NCBI RefSeq assembly: GCF_030028105.1
Contig: NC_092370.1
Location: forward strand, 194,166,005-194,230,004
Direction of reading: 5' to 3'
From: Mobula birostris
Lineage: Eukaryota
DNA length: 64,000 nt
Below, in pieces: positions 35,345 through 47,658 of this stretch; within the stretch, counting starts at the first letter, position 1; the number at the start of each line of letters is the position of its first letter. Position numbers and translations under genes: made by a program. The notes under the pieces are model-generated. The model had not been told where the DNA came from and made no database searches. It saw nothing but the letters and a program-made list of their open reading frames with translations.

Positions 35345-38076
35345 GTCCCTGTGCCTTCTTCTCTTGCTGTCTATCCCCCGCTGAATGGAACTATGACATT
35401 GGGAATCAGGAGTTGCTGGCCGTCAAACTCACCTTGGAGGATTGGAGGCACTGGCTGGAGGGAGCAGAACACTCATTCCTCATCTGGACAGACCATAAGA
35501 ACCTGGCATACATCCAGACAGCTAAACGCCTTAACTCCCACCAACCCCGTTGGGTACTGTTGTTTGGCCATTTCAATTTTACCCTCACCTACTATCCTGG
35601 TTCTAAGGACGTGAAGCCAGATGTTCTCTTGTCAGTAGGTCCCTGAAGAGGACCCCTCCAATCCTGATACCATCCTTCCACCATTCTGTCTTGTGGCTGC
35701 CCTCGCCTGGGAGATTGAGTACGTAATTAAAGAGACCAACGGACTCAACCTGACCCAGGCGATGGCCCCCCCCCCCCCCCAATCGTCCCTTCGTGGCTGA
35801 TTCTGTCCATTCTCAGGTTCCCCAGTGGGGTCATACTTCCTGGTTTGCCTGCCATCCTGGAATGTGTCAAACCCTGTCCCTCTTGAAGTGACATTTCTGG
35901 TGGCCCACCATGGATGCTGAGACTCGCTCCTTTGTCTCTGCCTGTACTGTGTGTGCCCACAGAAAAGCATCCCATTAGCCACCTGATGGACTGCCTCGTC
36001 CCCTACCTGTCCCTGGCCACCCTTGGTCCCACACAGCTCTTGATTTCGTCACTGGACTACCCCCTTCACATGGGAACAATGCTGTACCCACCGTGGTGGA
36101 CCGTTTTCCAAAGTCATGCACTTCATAGCCCTTCCCAAACTCCCTACAGTCCGTGAAACAGCCGACCTCCTTGTCCAACATGTCTTCCGCCTTCATGGAA
36201 TTCCCTCTGACATTGTTTCTGACCGGGGCCCCCCTAATTCATCTTCCAAGTCTGGAAATCCTTCTGCAAGCCCTCGGAGCTTCAGTAAGTCTGTCTTCTG
36301 GTTTCCATCCATAGACTATCGGTCAGATGGAGTGAGCCAATCAGGACTTGGAAGCAGCACTGCGCTGCATTTCCACCAGTAACCCGTCATCCTGGAGCAC
36401 ACATCTCCCTAGGGTTGAGTATGCCCACAACTCCCTGGTCAGCGCCGCCACCGGTATGTCTCCTTTCAAATGCTCCCTAGGCGATCAACCCCCTGTGTTT
36501 CCTGCCCACGAAGACGACATTGCTGTGCCTTCAGTTCAGGCCCATCTCCGCCAGTGCCGCAAGGTCTGGAAGGGTGCACGCTCGGCCCTGCTCCTCTCCG
36601 TTGACCACAACCGGAGTATCGCCGATCGCCAACCGGAGTATCGCCGATCACCACTGGATTCCAGCACCCAACTATCAGCGTGGTCAGAAGGTTTGGCTCT
36701 CTTCAGGAGACATCCCCTCTCAAAACCGAGTCCAAGAAACTCACCCCTCGTTACATCGGACCATTCGAGATTGAGAGCATCATCAGCCCCTCGGTGGTCA
36801 AACTCAAACTGCCCAGTCCCATAGAAGAAACCATAGAAAAACTGCAGCACAGAAACAGACCTTTTGGCCCTGCTTGGCTGTGCCAAACCATTTTCTGCCT
36901 AGTCCCACTGACCGGCACACGGACCATATCCCTCCATACACCTCCCATCCATGTATCTGTCCAATTTATTCTTAAATGTTAAAGAAGAACCCGCATTTAC
37001 CACCTCGTCTGGCAGCTCATTCCATACTCCCACCACTCTCTGTGTGAAGAAGCCCCCCCTAATGTTCCCTTTAAACTTTTCCCCCCTCACCCTTAACCCA
37101 TGTCCTCTGGTTTTTTCTCCCCTTGCCTCAGTGGAAAAAGCCTGCTTGCATTCACTCTATCTATACCCATCATAATTTTATATACCTCTATGAAATCTCC
37201 CCTCATTCTTCTATGCTCCAAGGAATAAAGTCCTAACCTATTCAACCTTTCTCTGTAACTGAGTTTCTCAAGTCCTGGCAACATCCTTGTAAACCTTCTC
37301 TGCACTCTTTCAACCGTATTTATATCCTTCCTGTAATTTGGTGACCAAAACTGAACACAATACTCCAGATTCAGCCTCAACAATGCCTTATACAACCTCA
37401 TGCACATTCATCCCACGTTCCACGTCTCCCAACTAAAATCTATGTCTGTCAGTGCTTTGTGCCCTCCTGCTGAACCTTCTCCGCCTAGCCGGGTCATCGA
37501 CGATTACTCAGCTTACACCGTCCGGCCAATACTGGATGTGTGCCGTTGAGGCAGGGGTTTCCAGTACCTCTTCGATTGGGAGGGATACGGTCCTGAGGAG
37601 CACACCTGGATTCCCCGCTCCTTCATCTTAGACCCTTCCCTCATCCGAGACTTCCATCGCGACAATCCAGTATTTGCCAGTATTCATGATCCCGACCGTT
37701 AAGTCCTCATATTCTCCTAATTCCCTATTCTCCGTGTTCTCTTGGGCTCCTTGATTGCAGCACCGGATTCTCATCTAAATCTGCAGCATTAAAACCCCGG
37801 CTTTGTATCCACTCATTGCCAAATTGTTGTTTCAGCCAGTGTGGTAAATCACTTTTCCGGCCGCTTAGGATTGTGTATTCTAAGTTTTACTTCAGAACCG
37901 AGGTTTGCCTGTGTAACTCTGACTCTCCATGTCAAGATAAGTTTTGCCTGCCTCCTGCCTTTCCGTTCACCCCCCTGTTTGCTATTCAGCTGCAGCCATG
38001 CTCACACCCTCGTCTGCATTCTAACTCTATCTCCATGCCAGTGTCCTGCGTTTGGGTTCACCCTTTCGTTGCAACA
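35345..38076 (+). mobile_element. Sushi-like chromovirus Gypsy remnant: RNase H, integrase, chromodomain and 3' LTR
   Basis: [39 protein letters not shown]; [17 protein letters not shown]; [13 protein letters not shown]; [10 protein letters not shown]; chromodomain [28 protein letters not shown] ~37682-38076 ends in CAACA. Confidence 0.9.
36823..37398 (-). mobile_element. CR1 3' fragment nested in the Sushi-like integrase
   Basis: [19 protein letters not shown]. It splits the host motif KLKLPS|[10 protein letters not shown]. Confidence 0.9.
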
Positions 38077-38109
38077 GCGTGCCTTTATTTAATTGATATG
38101 ATACAACAG

Positions 38110-38670
38110 TGGAGTGCCCTGATGATGGATGCTCCTTTCTTGCAACTATGCTCCATGTGCAGATATGCTCAGTAGTGGGAAGGGCTATATCCATGATGGA
38201 CTGGGCCACATCTATCTGTTTCAGTAGGGTTTTCCATTCAAGGGCTTTGGTGTTTTCATACCAGACTGTGGTGCAACCAGTCAATATACTCTCCACCATA
38301 CATCTGTATAGATTTGCAAAGTTTTAGATGTCATTGCGAATCTTCACGAAGTCATAAGGAAGTAAAGGCACTGCCGTGCTATTTTCATAACTGCACTTGC
38401 GTACTGGATCCAGGACAGGTCTTTTAAAATGAGAACACCAAGGAATTTAAAGTTGCTTATCACCTCCACCTCTGATCCTCTGATAGCTCAAGGACCTCTG
38501 TTTTTCTTTTCCTGAAGTCAATAATCAGCTCTTTGGTCTTGCTAACATTGAGTAACAGGTTATTGTTATGCCACCACTCAATCAGACTTTCAGCCTCCCT
38601 TCTATATGCTGATTCATCACCACCTTTGATAATAACGACAATAGTGCCATCAACAATGCTGAATATGGCA
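38110..38670 (-). mobile_element. Rex1/L2-group LINE fragment
   Basis: MVESILTGCTTVWYEN and KTKELIIDFRK motifs. Confidence 0.8.
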
Positions 38671-38969
38671 TTATTTGAGGGGATGACAGTATTAAAAGCT
38701 GAGCTGTAATCAAAACATACTAGGATTGCTTAATCAAACAATATTACTAAACATTACTAAAATTTTATATACACCACATTTTCCACTGCTGATCTCTTCA
38801 TGACTGCTGTGTGTTGGGAACCCTATTGCCTCTGTTGTCACCACTAGGGAAGCAACAGACAGAGCTGCTGGGTGGGAAATGAAAAAAAACTTTAGTGTCC
38901 AGGTCTCTAGCTTTGCAAGGTTACACAGCCACACTCTGCCTCCATCTCAAATTCCTTTTAAATATTCAG

Positions 38970-39042
38970 ATCATGAAAAATACTTCTGTCAGCAGATACT
39001 GGCTGACCTATTGTGCAAAACAGGCTTTTATAGAGCAACAAG
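38970..39042 (+). pseudogene. Candidate exon (phase 0 to 1): IMKNTSVSRYWLTYCAKQAFIEQQ
   Basis: Acceptor ttccttttaaatattcAG, donor AAG|GTTGAT; phase fits both neighbours. Confidence 0.55.
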
Positions 39043-39863
39043 GTTGATTCTGTCTTCCCCTTGGGCATGCTTATTTGTAAGAATACACATTTCCCAAATC
39101 ATTGTTAGAACTTCCTCATTTCCAGCTTCTACTGCTCCAGTGTAATTATCTCGAAGGTGTGTCTTTGACTTTATTATGACACACATTATTGTATTAATTG
39201 AAATTGATTCTGTAGTATAATTAAACCAATTACATCTTACATTATAAACTGTAGGCAGTTTGCAGTTGCATTACCTCTGAGAAAAGAAACGCAGGGAAAA
39301 TTGGTTTAGCAGTAATTCTTCTGTGACATCAGAAGTGCAATATTTAAAAAGTGAAACTGCTATTATGAATATGAAAGCTTTTCAACAGTAAAGTTATTAA
39401 TTTTTTTATTCATTTGGCAAACACTGCGCAAAAGCCAAATAGTCAGCTTCCCGTATCTATTACCTTCATTTTGAAGAACGATGATTAGCACTTCAATGAA
39501 AACCAGATCAAAGTTGTTTTATGCAAAGCATGTAAACTGCAGTGTCAACTGTAAGCACTTTGATTCATGTTGAGGTGCTGGACTGTGACCTGGTCAGAAA
39601 ATAAATGATTTGTAAGAAGTTTTGTTTTATGAAAAGAATTACAAGTGGCAATGAAGTACCAGGAGAATAAAACTGTAAACAGAAAAGGCCTGAATGGAGG
39701 CAATATGAGTGCTTCAGCCTCCTGTATTGGAGGTGATATGAGATAGGTATAGCATTTAACACTGACTAATAACCTTTCTCTTTTATATAATTCTTGTTTG
39801 TAAAGAGGCATAGAAAACTAATGACCAGAAAGCAGCAACATAGAACCTAAATAATGCCAACAG

Positions 39864-40670
39864 CTACAAGTGAGATAGAAAGGCAGATGGCAAAAAAAAA
39901 CAGTAAGAGTTGCTTAACAAAGTGTATTGTGATTCATACCCACAACTTGCATTCCCAGTAGATAAAGCATGGCTGAGGTAAGGTGCTGGTTTTGAAAGAA
40001 GGCCAGTAGTAGTTTCTTTACAAGATGACATCCAGCTGCTCTGAACATAGAGCACTGGGCTTTCGACTTCAAATTCTTTGCACATGTCTGGGCTGTGAGC
40101 CACGATAGCAGCAGTTTGAGCCACAGTGCAGCCAGGAGCATGACAGAAGCCTGAGCACCCAGATGTTCAGTGGCCTGTGCCATGGCAGGAGTCAAGACAT
40201 CACCAGGCCACTGTGTGATAGCAGTCCACCAGTGCTCTGTTGAAGTCCCATGTTGGAAAACCAGGGCTCCAAGCACTTCTCAAAATCCTCTGTAGTGCTG
40301 ATACCGAACCCCATCATAGTCTCTGACAATACTGTTGGAAGTTGACATTTATCTGGTAGCTGGCATGCTTTGAGATAACTGTTCTTTTGTCATATTGATC
40401 CTTTCATATTGAATTTCAGTTCAACTGAATGGTTAAGCCATGATGGCCAGTTGAAGAGGACCAGTAAGATAAATGGAGATGTATTATTTACTGGGAAATT
40501 AGGATTCCATATATTTTTGTAAAGTAGTTTGCTAAGTTGGTTCAGGACTGCCCGTCAGAAAGGACTCTCACAGTTGCTCCCTTGTATCCTCCTCTTCCTT
40601 TTCAACACTCACTTCATGTTTTCTAGCTACGCCTGTTGTAAAAGTTATGAAGGACCAAGGGTTTGAAATT
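39864..40670 (+). pseudogene. Candidate degenerate terminal exon or exons
   Basis: Protein-like stretches broken by stops and frameshifts: TSEIERQMAKKNSK/ELLNKVYCDSYPQLAFPVDKAWLR*GAGFERRPVVVSLQDDIQL/LNIEHWAFDFKFFAHVWAVSHD...LFFCHIDPFILNFSSTEWLSHDGQLKRT. An alternative split 39959-39977, 40420-40463, 40627-40694 also keeps phase. Confidence 0.35.
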
Positions 40671-43199
40671 GCAGGAATGAGCCTCGTGCAATAAATGACT
40701 GCAACCCTGTGCAGATGAAGGGTTCCGATCCAAAGCATTGACTGTCCTCTTGCTCCTGCAGATGCTCTTGACCCAGTGAGACTGCCATTGCGGAGTTCAC
40801 CAGAACACACCACCGTACCAGTGATATTGTGGTGACAGCATGGCATTCATTATGTGACTATGAAGTCTTATGTGAATGGGCTAATCCTCAACCTCAAGTG
40901 ACTAGGAGAGATACCACCAAACACAGGCAGTGCGGTAAAGTGAAATAGAAAGACATCATTCGGATTTATGCAAATACCAGGTGCGGACCATACACACAGC
41001 ATGGTCTCACACATGCGGCCAGTGATGGAGTGAGCTCTTTTTTCAGATGCACGACACCTTTGAATTCACACGCATTGCCCATCACATTATGTGAGTGCTA
41101 TCAATTGTGCGGAAGCCTGCGACCCATGCAAAGCGCAAGTTCACGATTTTCTAGCAACCGAACAAGGCTTCCAAGTGTTTCCACACTTACTGTAAAGTTA
41201 AACCACTAATTAAGGTGATGAAGGATGGGGTTGGGAGGGGATGTATATGGAGGGAAGCTTTGTAAATAAGATATTCTGCAGAAATTACTTACAGCATATG
41301 ATACCAAAGGCGTGGCCTCAACACTTGCAATATCACAACCTTGTTAAGTACCTTTAATCTGTGATATCATCTCTCTCCATTTTATGTATTGAGTCTTGCA
41401 TACCCGACACCATCCAATGAACTAACCTGACATCAATACGAGGCATATCTCCTGGTAAATGCAAGTCCTATCTTTGTGAAGAAACCGTTAAGCTATTATT
41501 AGCTGATTTAGAACTTCTTCTTTGATTGTGCACTGAATTTTGTAATCCCTTCCGCTTGCCTGACCAAACAGGAATTCATCCATACAAACCCTGATTGATG
41601 CTTGTGTCAACTGAAAATAATTTCAGTGTTACAATCACAAACTGAACAGTATTCGAAGAGAAAATGTAGTTATAATATTTAAGTGAGAAAGTACAATTAC
41701 AATAAATTAATATTACAAATAGGAAAATATAATGCCATCTGCCTTCTCCACTTTTTAATGAGTTGCCTGCTTTATTTTGTTTGTTTCTGATAATCTGAAT
41801 CAGACTGTACACTGTTGCTGATTGAATATTATTCTGAATATGTACTGGTCCTTCAGACAAATCAGAGTTTCGATTCAAGTGGTTCTCTGTTTGCCTATTA
41901 AAAACAAACCAATCCGTCAGACACAGTATTGTTACTGGCATAATACATTGTTTGCATAGTTCAATTGTTCTTCTAAATGTCTTTAACTCAACAGCACTTT
42001 GACCATTTAACATTTCTAAAGATTTTGGGGTGAAACCAGACATTTTAGATCTTATATTGCTCCTGTCTTGTGAAGTTCATTATTTTTGTTGATGATCAGA
42101 AACCACAGGTGGTCTGAAATGAAAGAAGATGAATAGTAATAACAAATATATCACTCTGTCTCTATCTTCTGACAGCTTTCATGTTTTACAGGTCCTTGGC
42201 ATACTGTTTTTTTAAATTCTGTCTCTCTTTAAGTACAGTACATGGGCTATGATCTATTTTATGATACAGCTACCTGACACCTATCATATAGGCATAGACT
42301 AGCCTTCCTGCAGATATGGTTACAGTTTATACAGGATATTTGGGTATTTGAAATCCTCCACATCCATGATCTTATAATGTACTCCACTTCACTAATCTAT
42401 TCTTCATTCAGTCAGACCCACTTTTTTTAGGCCCTTCTCTACTGGTTACTTTTTATTATCTCTCTCCCAACTGGTACTTTTTACATAATAAAACCATAGC
42501 CTTACTGTTTTTGACCGGGCTAATCTTTTGGAATTCCCAGTAGGTTTCAAGCTGAACTTCAGGAAGTCCCATCTGATTTATGCATCCTAACAGATCTCAC
42601 ACCTCCATGCCTGAAAAGCAATTTCCTTGGTTTCTATAACTGAGATTTTAACACTGACAGCAGTTTAATTCTGGATGACTATCCTACTGCACAGTTGAAA
42701 TATCAATCCCCTAACACTTCCCAAACTCATGACCAAATGCCTGAAACCCAACCAGTTTAATTGTTTTTTATATTAAATGCAGTCGTGAACAATAGATCAG
42801 AAATGCTGATCAAGTCAACTAATTCCCAAAGAGAACTCTGATAGGCCAATCAGATGGTTCACTGCTGCTCAGTGATAAAACACATGTACAATTAAGAAAC
42901 ATTAAAAAAAAAGTAGAAATACTGGAGTCATGATGATCATGATGAAGTCTGCTGGAGAGAGACATTTATACACATGCTGTCCTCCATAATTCAAAGAGAT
43001 TGAAGGATAAGGTTGCAGGGTGACAAAGCATGGCAGGAGCACTTGGAACTAAAAACTAATCCCTACCAGGAGAAAACAGCACCTGTTCTTTCCGCACTGT
43101 TCTCCAGCAGTTTAAGGACTAAGTCCAGCTGGAACATAACTCACAAGTGCTCTTGAAAGTCAGGTATTAACCCTACCTACCAACAACCAAGCATTGTCA

Positions 43200-43735
43200 T
43201 CCTGGTCCCCTTCATGGTAGCTTATGAAGAAACATGTGACTTCCCTTCCAGAGATGATAGGTGTTTGTGCACTCGACTCTTGAAGGCTTGGACCCCATCG
43301 TTGCAGATGTTTCCAGCCGCAGCATCTGGAAGGCTGTTTCAAATTCTGATAGCACAGTGAAGGAAGCTTCTATCCAGTGTGTAGGTTCTCACCATCAGGC
43401 ATAGAAACAGCATGAGCAGGCATAGATAAACTTAATCGTGTGATGCACCATCTCTCATAAGATGAAGGCAGCATGGCGCGAAGGTCTGCAGGGCTGTGCC
43501 TGGTGTGCATTTTGTATAGCACAGTAGCTGCAGCAACCTGTCATCTGTGGTGTAAGCTACTGATGGCAGCTTCTCACGATCTGAGGCTTCACCTGCACCT
43601 ATAATCCTGAGAGCCTTTCTTTTAATGAAATAAAGCTGGCTGAGGACACTCTGTGAGGCATTCATCCATGATAAGCAGGCATACTCCATAATACTTCATA
43701 CCTGGGCTTTGTAAACCGTGGCTAACACACTTGTG
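43200..43735 (-). mobile_element. CR1/L2-group LINE 3' fragment (divergent family)
   Basis: YKAQV.SIMEYACLSWMNASQSVLSQL..IKRKALRIIG. Confidence 0.7.
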
Positions 43736-44236
43736 AAATAATTTCACTTCTTGTCAGTAAGTCAATGAGAAATAAACAATTGGTTATAATGTGTACATTA
43801 ATGTACTTAAATTCACTGATTATTTTCTTCAATAACATTCAGTCCTAAATTATTGGAGCTGGCATCCTTTTTGCTTGTGTTCTCTTTAATCACAATATCT
43901 ATAACCTTAATTTTTCCCTCAGATTTCACATATATATCTTAGCAAATGAGTTACCCAATGTCACGTACCTTCTGCATATATGATGAAACTGTACTACACA
44001 TACTAATATGGCTGAATATAACAATATCAAGCAATCAATTGCTCAAATGTCTAAGCCTGCATCATGCATTTTAGACTGATTTAAAACTAAGTATTTTTAC
44101 CAAATTATGCTCTTGCGTTTTGTGAGGAATTATTTTGTGTCTACCTCCAGAAATATATTTTTGCATGCTTTGTAAAGTTTTTCTTTTAAATTGTCACATG
44201 GGTAATTAAACTGAGGGGTTTCAAAAATGTTCCAAG

Positions 44237-45000
44237 TGTCATGTGTCCAGCAACAATGGATATGAAATTGAGTCAGGTTACATAAACAAACAACGATACT
44301 TATTCCTCTGCTCAGAACATCGAAAAGTAAACGAATGACTAACTTAACCAGAAGTTAACAGTTAGGCCATTATATCGAACAGTGAAACATATAAACTGTT
44401 CTTAAAGAGTTCTCATCCAAGCACAGACTTAGTGCTAAATTCAAAAGTCCATGTGATTTATACAGTCATTGAGGAGAGACTTCACTGAAACAACGATTTC
44501 TTTGAATCAATGACGAATCGTCGATCTCAACCGAGAGAAGCCTTGTCCAAAGGAATCACAAAGAAATAAAGGAACTGACCTTTTGACTGAAGGGTGGTCA
44601 CTGCACAAACCTTCCCGCCCTGGCAGTGGTTTTACTCAAATGTGCATGCCACAATTCCCGAATGAAGATTAAAAAGGTCGATCATTCCCAAGAAGCTGAA
44701 CGACATTAACTCTACCCAATCCTTTGCTCAGATAACTCTGTTAATGTCTTCACTCTCTGATACTAGACTGTAAAAGAAAACCAAGGTGCAACAAACAAAA
44801 ACTGGCAGCGAATGGTGAAACTGCCAACAACAACGTTACACTCAAAGTTAAAATGAGAATTGCATCACCATGGAGGGCTTTTTCTTTTATACCATGCCAT
44901 CACGTGATGTCACATCACCCCATTATCACAAGACCATTACATCATTCCAATAGCATGAGACCATTACATCATGCTCATGGGATATGTAACACCCCCCTCC
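44237..45000 (-). mobile_element. Probable LTR (44237-44991) with adjacent PPT
   Basis: TGT...ACA termini; minus-strand GGAGGGGGG directly precedes TGTTACA. Confidence 0.5.
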
Positions 45001-45399
45001 AAGAAAAGAAAATTTTGATCTATCAAGAGCAAAATTTTAACTACAATTAACAAAATGTACAACTGTATAAAATTTTCAAAATTGCACAATACACATTCAA
45101 TTTTCATACAATATATGTAACACAAGTGTCTGGATGTGGTTTGTCATCATCATTTGTTGAAAAGATACGCAATTGGTCCATAGTTCCCTAAACTTTATCC
45201 TCATCCACTTGGTGGAACCTGCACCCATTATGTTTCAACTTCATCATAGCAGTGTATCTGGTAACTGATTTCCCCTGCACATTGATGGCCAAGTTTCGAT
45301 TCTCCCGTACATCAACAGATCCTATCACCATAGGAATTGGTTTATGTACCAAGGTATATGGAAAAGCCCATCTTGCATAATGTTCATTCAAATTAATTA

Positions 45400-46260
45400 A
45401 CTACATAGTGTGTTGAAATAGTACAGGGGAAAACAATAATAGAATGGAGAATAAAATATAACAGCTACAGAGAAAGTGCAGTGCAGGTAGACAGTAAGGT
45501 TTATCTGCACTACAAGGAAGATTGTGAGGTAAGTCCATCTTATTGTGCTAGGGAGCCATTCTTACAATAGCAGGATAGAAGCTGTGCTTAGGCCTAGTGT
45601 ATGTGGTTTCAGAATGTTGTTTCCTATGAGACAGGACAAGAGAGAATGTCTGATGTGAGTGGGATCTTTGATTATATTGGTTGCTTTACTGAAGCAGCAA
45701 GAAGTACATATAGACTTCATGAAGTACATATAGACTTCAAGGGGCTGGTTTCCCTTGCTGAGAAGTGTCCACAACTCTTCATTTTCTTGCTGTCACTGGC
45801 AGAACAGCTGGCACATCTAGCTGTTATGTATGCAGATAGGATCCTTTCGATGGCATGTTAATAAAAATTGTTCAGGGTTGAAGGGAACATGCTAAATTAT
45901 TTTGGCCTCATAAGGAAGTATTTGAGTTGGTGTGCTTTCTTGGCCCTGGTATCTATGTGGTTAGACTAGGACAGGCTATTGTTGATGTTCATTCATAGGA
46001 CATGAAGTTCTCAACGTCAACAGTATTGAAATAGACAGGAGCATGTGCACCTCGCCCCATCCTGAAATCAATGACAAGCTCTTTTGTTTTGCTAACATTG
46101 AAGGAAAGCTTGTTGTTATGACACCATGTTATCTCCCTCCTGTTCTCCAACCCATTGTTATTTATGGTACTACCCACTACAATGATATCATCTGCAAACT
46201 TGTAGTTAGGCCATATAGTCATTAGTGTGTAAGTAGTAGAGCAGGGAGCAGATGACATAG
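45400..46260 (-). mobile_element. Decayed Rex1/L2-group LINE
   Basis: YKFADDIIVVG...WCHNNKLSFNVSKTKELVIDFR. Confidence 0.8.
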
Positions 46261-47065
46261 TGTATTTCTTATGCAAAAATATTAGCTATGTGATGTAATA
46301 GCACTGCCAATTAATTGCTTCCTGATGCTATATTTTGTGTCAGGAGGGAATCATTTAAGGAAACAAAGAATAGTTGAGACTATTCTTTTTTAAGTCAAGG
46401 GAGTTGCTTCTGCTGAGATCAAAGATGAGGATGGGGTTACAACTACATAACCAAATCAAGAAGTTGATTTGTGATTGGTTCAATGACAGGCTGAGGTCAT
46501 TAGGATAATGATGGAAAGGGGGAAACTGCAAACCCTTAAAACAAGAGATGACATTTTATTAATAAGGATATAAAGCAGACTGCTAGTAGAAACTTCTTTG
46601 AGGTGGACTCAATCTTAGTTTTGGATAAACAGAAGAAGAGAAATGATAAATATAAGAGCACAGCGGATCAGGTGTGAAGTTGAGACATTTCATTGTTTAC
46701 TTATTTCTGATCAATCCATTCTGAGAGAATTGTCACAGTCATTATGTTGATTTTGCAGTACCTTGTGATAATTGCAATGACTGTCATTTCCTTATGAACA
46801 AATAAAGCTGCTTACTTTCTCGACCCATTCCTTGATTGTGGAGGAAAGTTAAAATCTTACATCCCATGTTATTTTACTCAGATTCACCTTCAATACACTC
46901 ATATTAGTCACCTCTTACACTTCTTATTAGACATAAAGCAACATGACTAAAACGTTTTAACCACCATAAGCATCTGCTGTTTGTCATTTTTGTGATTATA
47001 CTACATGAATTTGACGTTCTCTTTAAAGTCAAACTTTGCCATATCCTGAATGTGCTTGGAATATT

Positions 47066-47658
47066 TGTTATACACATAATGCCCTGGTCTGGTTCCGATG
47101 GTTCGTAATTTTTTCTTTGGTATGCTGTTCTGTTTTGTGCACACTGCTTGCTTGGGTTGCTATTGAAGATAAGAAATAGGAGAGCTGCATCCCATCCAAT
47201 TAGGATGGCTAGATTTAGGGGAGGTTTCTGGGGCTTCATTGGGGAAGAAGAAAGAAGATGCCAGAGAGGAGAGGTCGTAGGAGTCGACCCGGAGTGGGGC
47301 CACAATTCAGCGAAGCCTGGGGAGATTGAGGGAGGATCGGTGAAGGGGAAACCATGAGCTCCAACTTGTACACATTAGACTGTTTCATTAAACCGCACCC
47401 TTTTTATTTTTTTTGTTTTTACTTTACTAACCCTTTAGTCAAATTAATAATGATAAAGCTAAATCTTTTAATTGTATGCAGTGTACTGTCTGTTATTTCA
47501 AGGTACTTATTTGAAATAAGGTAACAAATCATGCAGCATCCACACAAACAGGAGGATCGGGGGGGGGGGGGGAGACTTGCACCTTAATCTCCCAAGTTTG
47601 ACGAAGCCGGAGATTGTCTTTCCTAGACTTACGCAGCTGACGGAACCACAGTGTGACA
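47066..47658. mobile_element. Possible solo LTR
   Basis: TGTTA...TGACA termini and a GC-richer interior; TSD not convincing. Confidence 0.35.

Larger units (their letters stand above)
9563..40670 (+). pseudogene. Candidate multi-exon host gene of unknown identity, apparently disabled
   Basis: About 10 AG/GT-bounded segments in non-repeat DNA with matching splice phases: 9563-9758, 10692-10849, 23274-23404, 24632-24795, 32631-32737, 33186-33290, 33628-33644 or -33743, 34567-34651, 38970-39042, and a degenerate 39864 to ~40670. In-frame TGA at 9636, 10759 and 10789. Three segments fit only after assuming a 1-nt frameshift. Confidence 0.6.

Noticed and set aside
41576-42043. 155-aa minus-strand ORF with an exon-like core (QTENHLNRNSDLSEGPVHIQ...TVYSLI, ITSM-like) and a possible partner exon at ~40572-40632
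   Set aside because: Only weak or GC donors and no further phase-consistent exons. The partner overlaps the better-supported plus-strand chain, and the motif is short enough to be chance.
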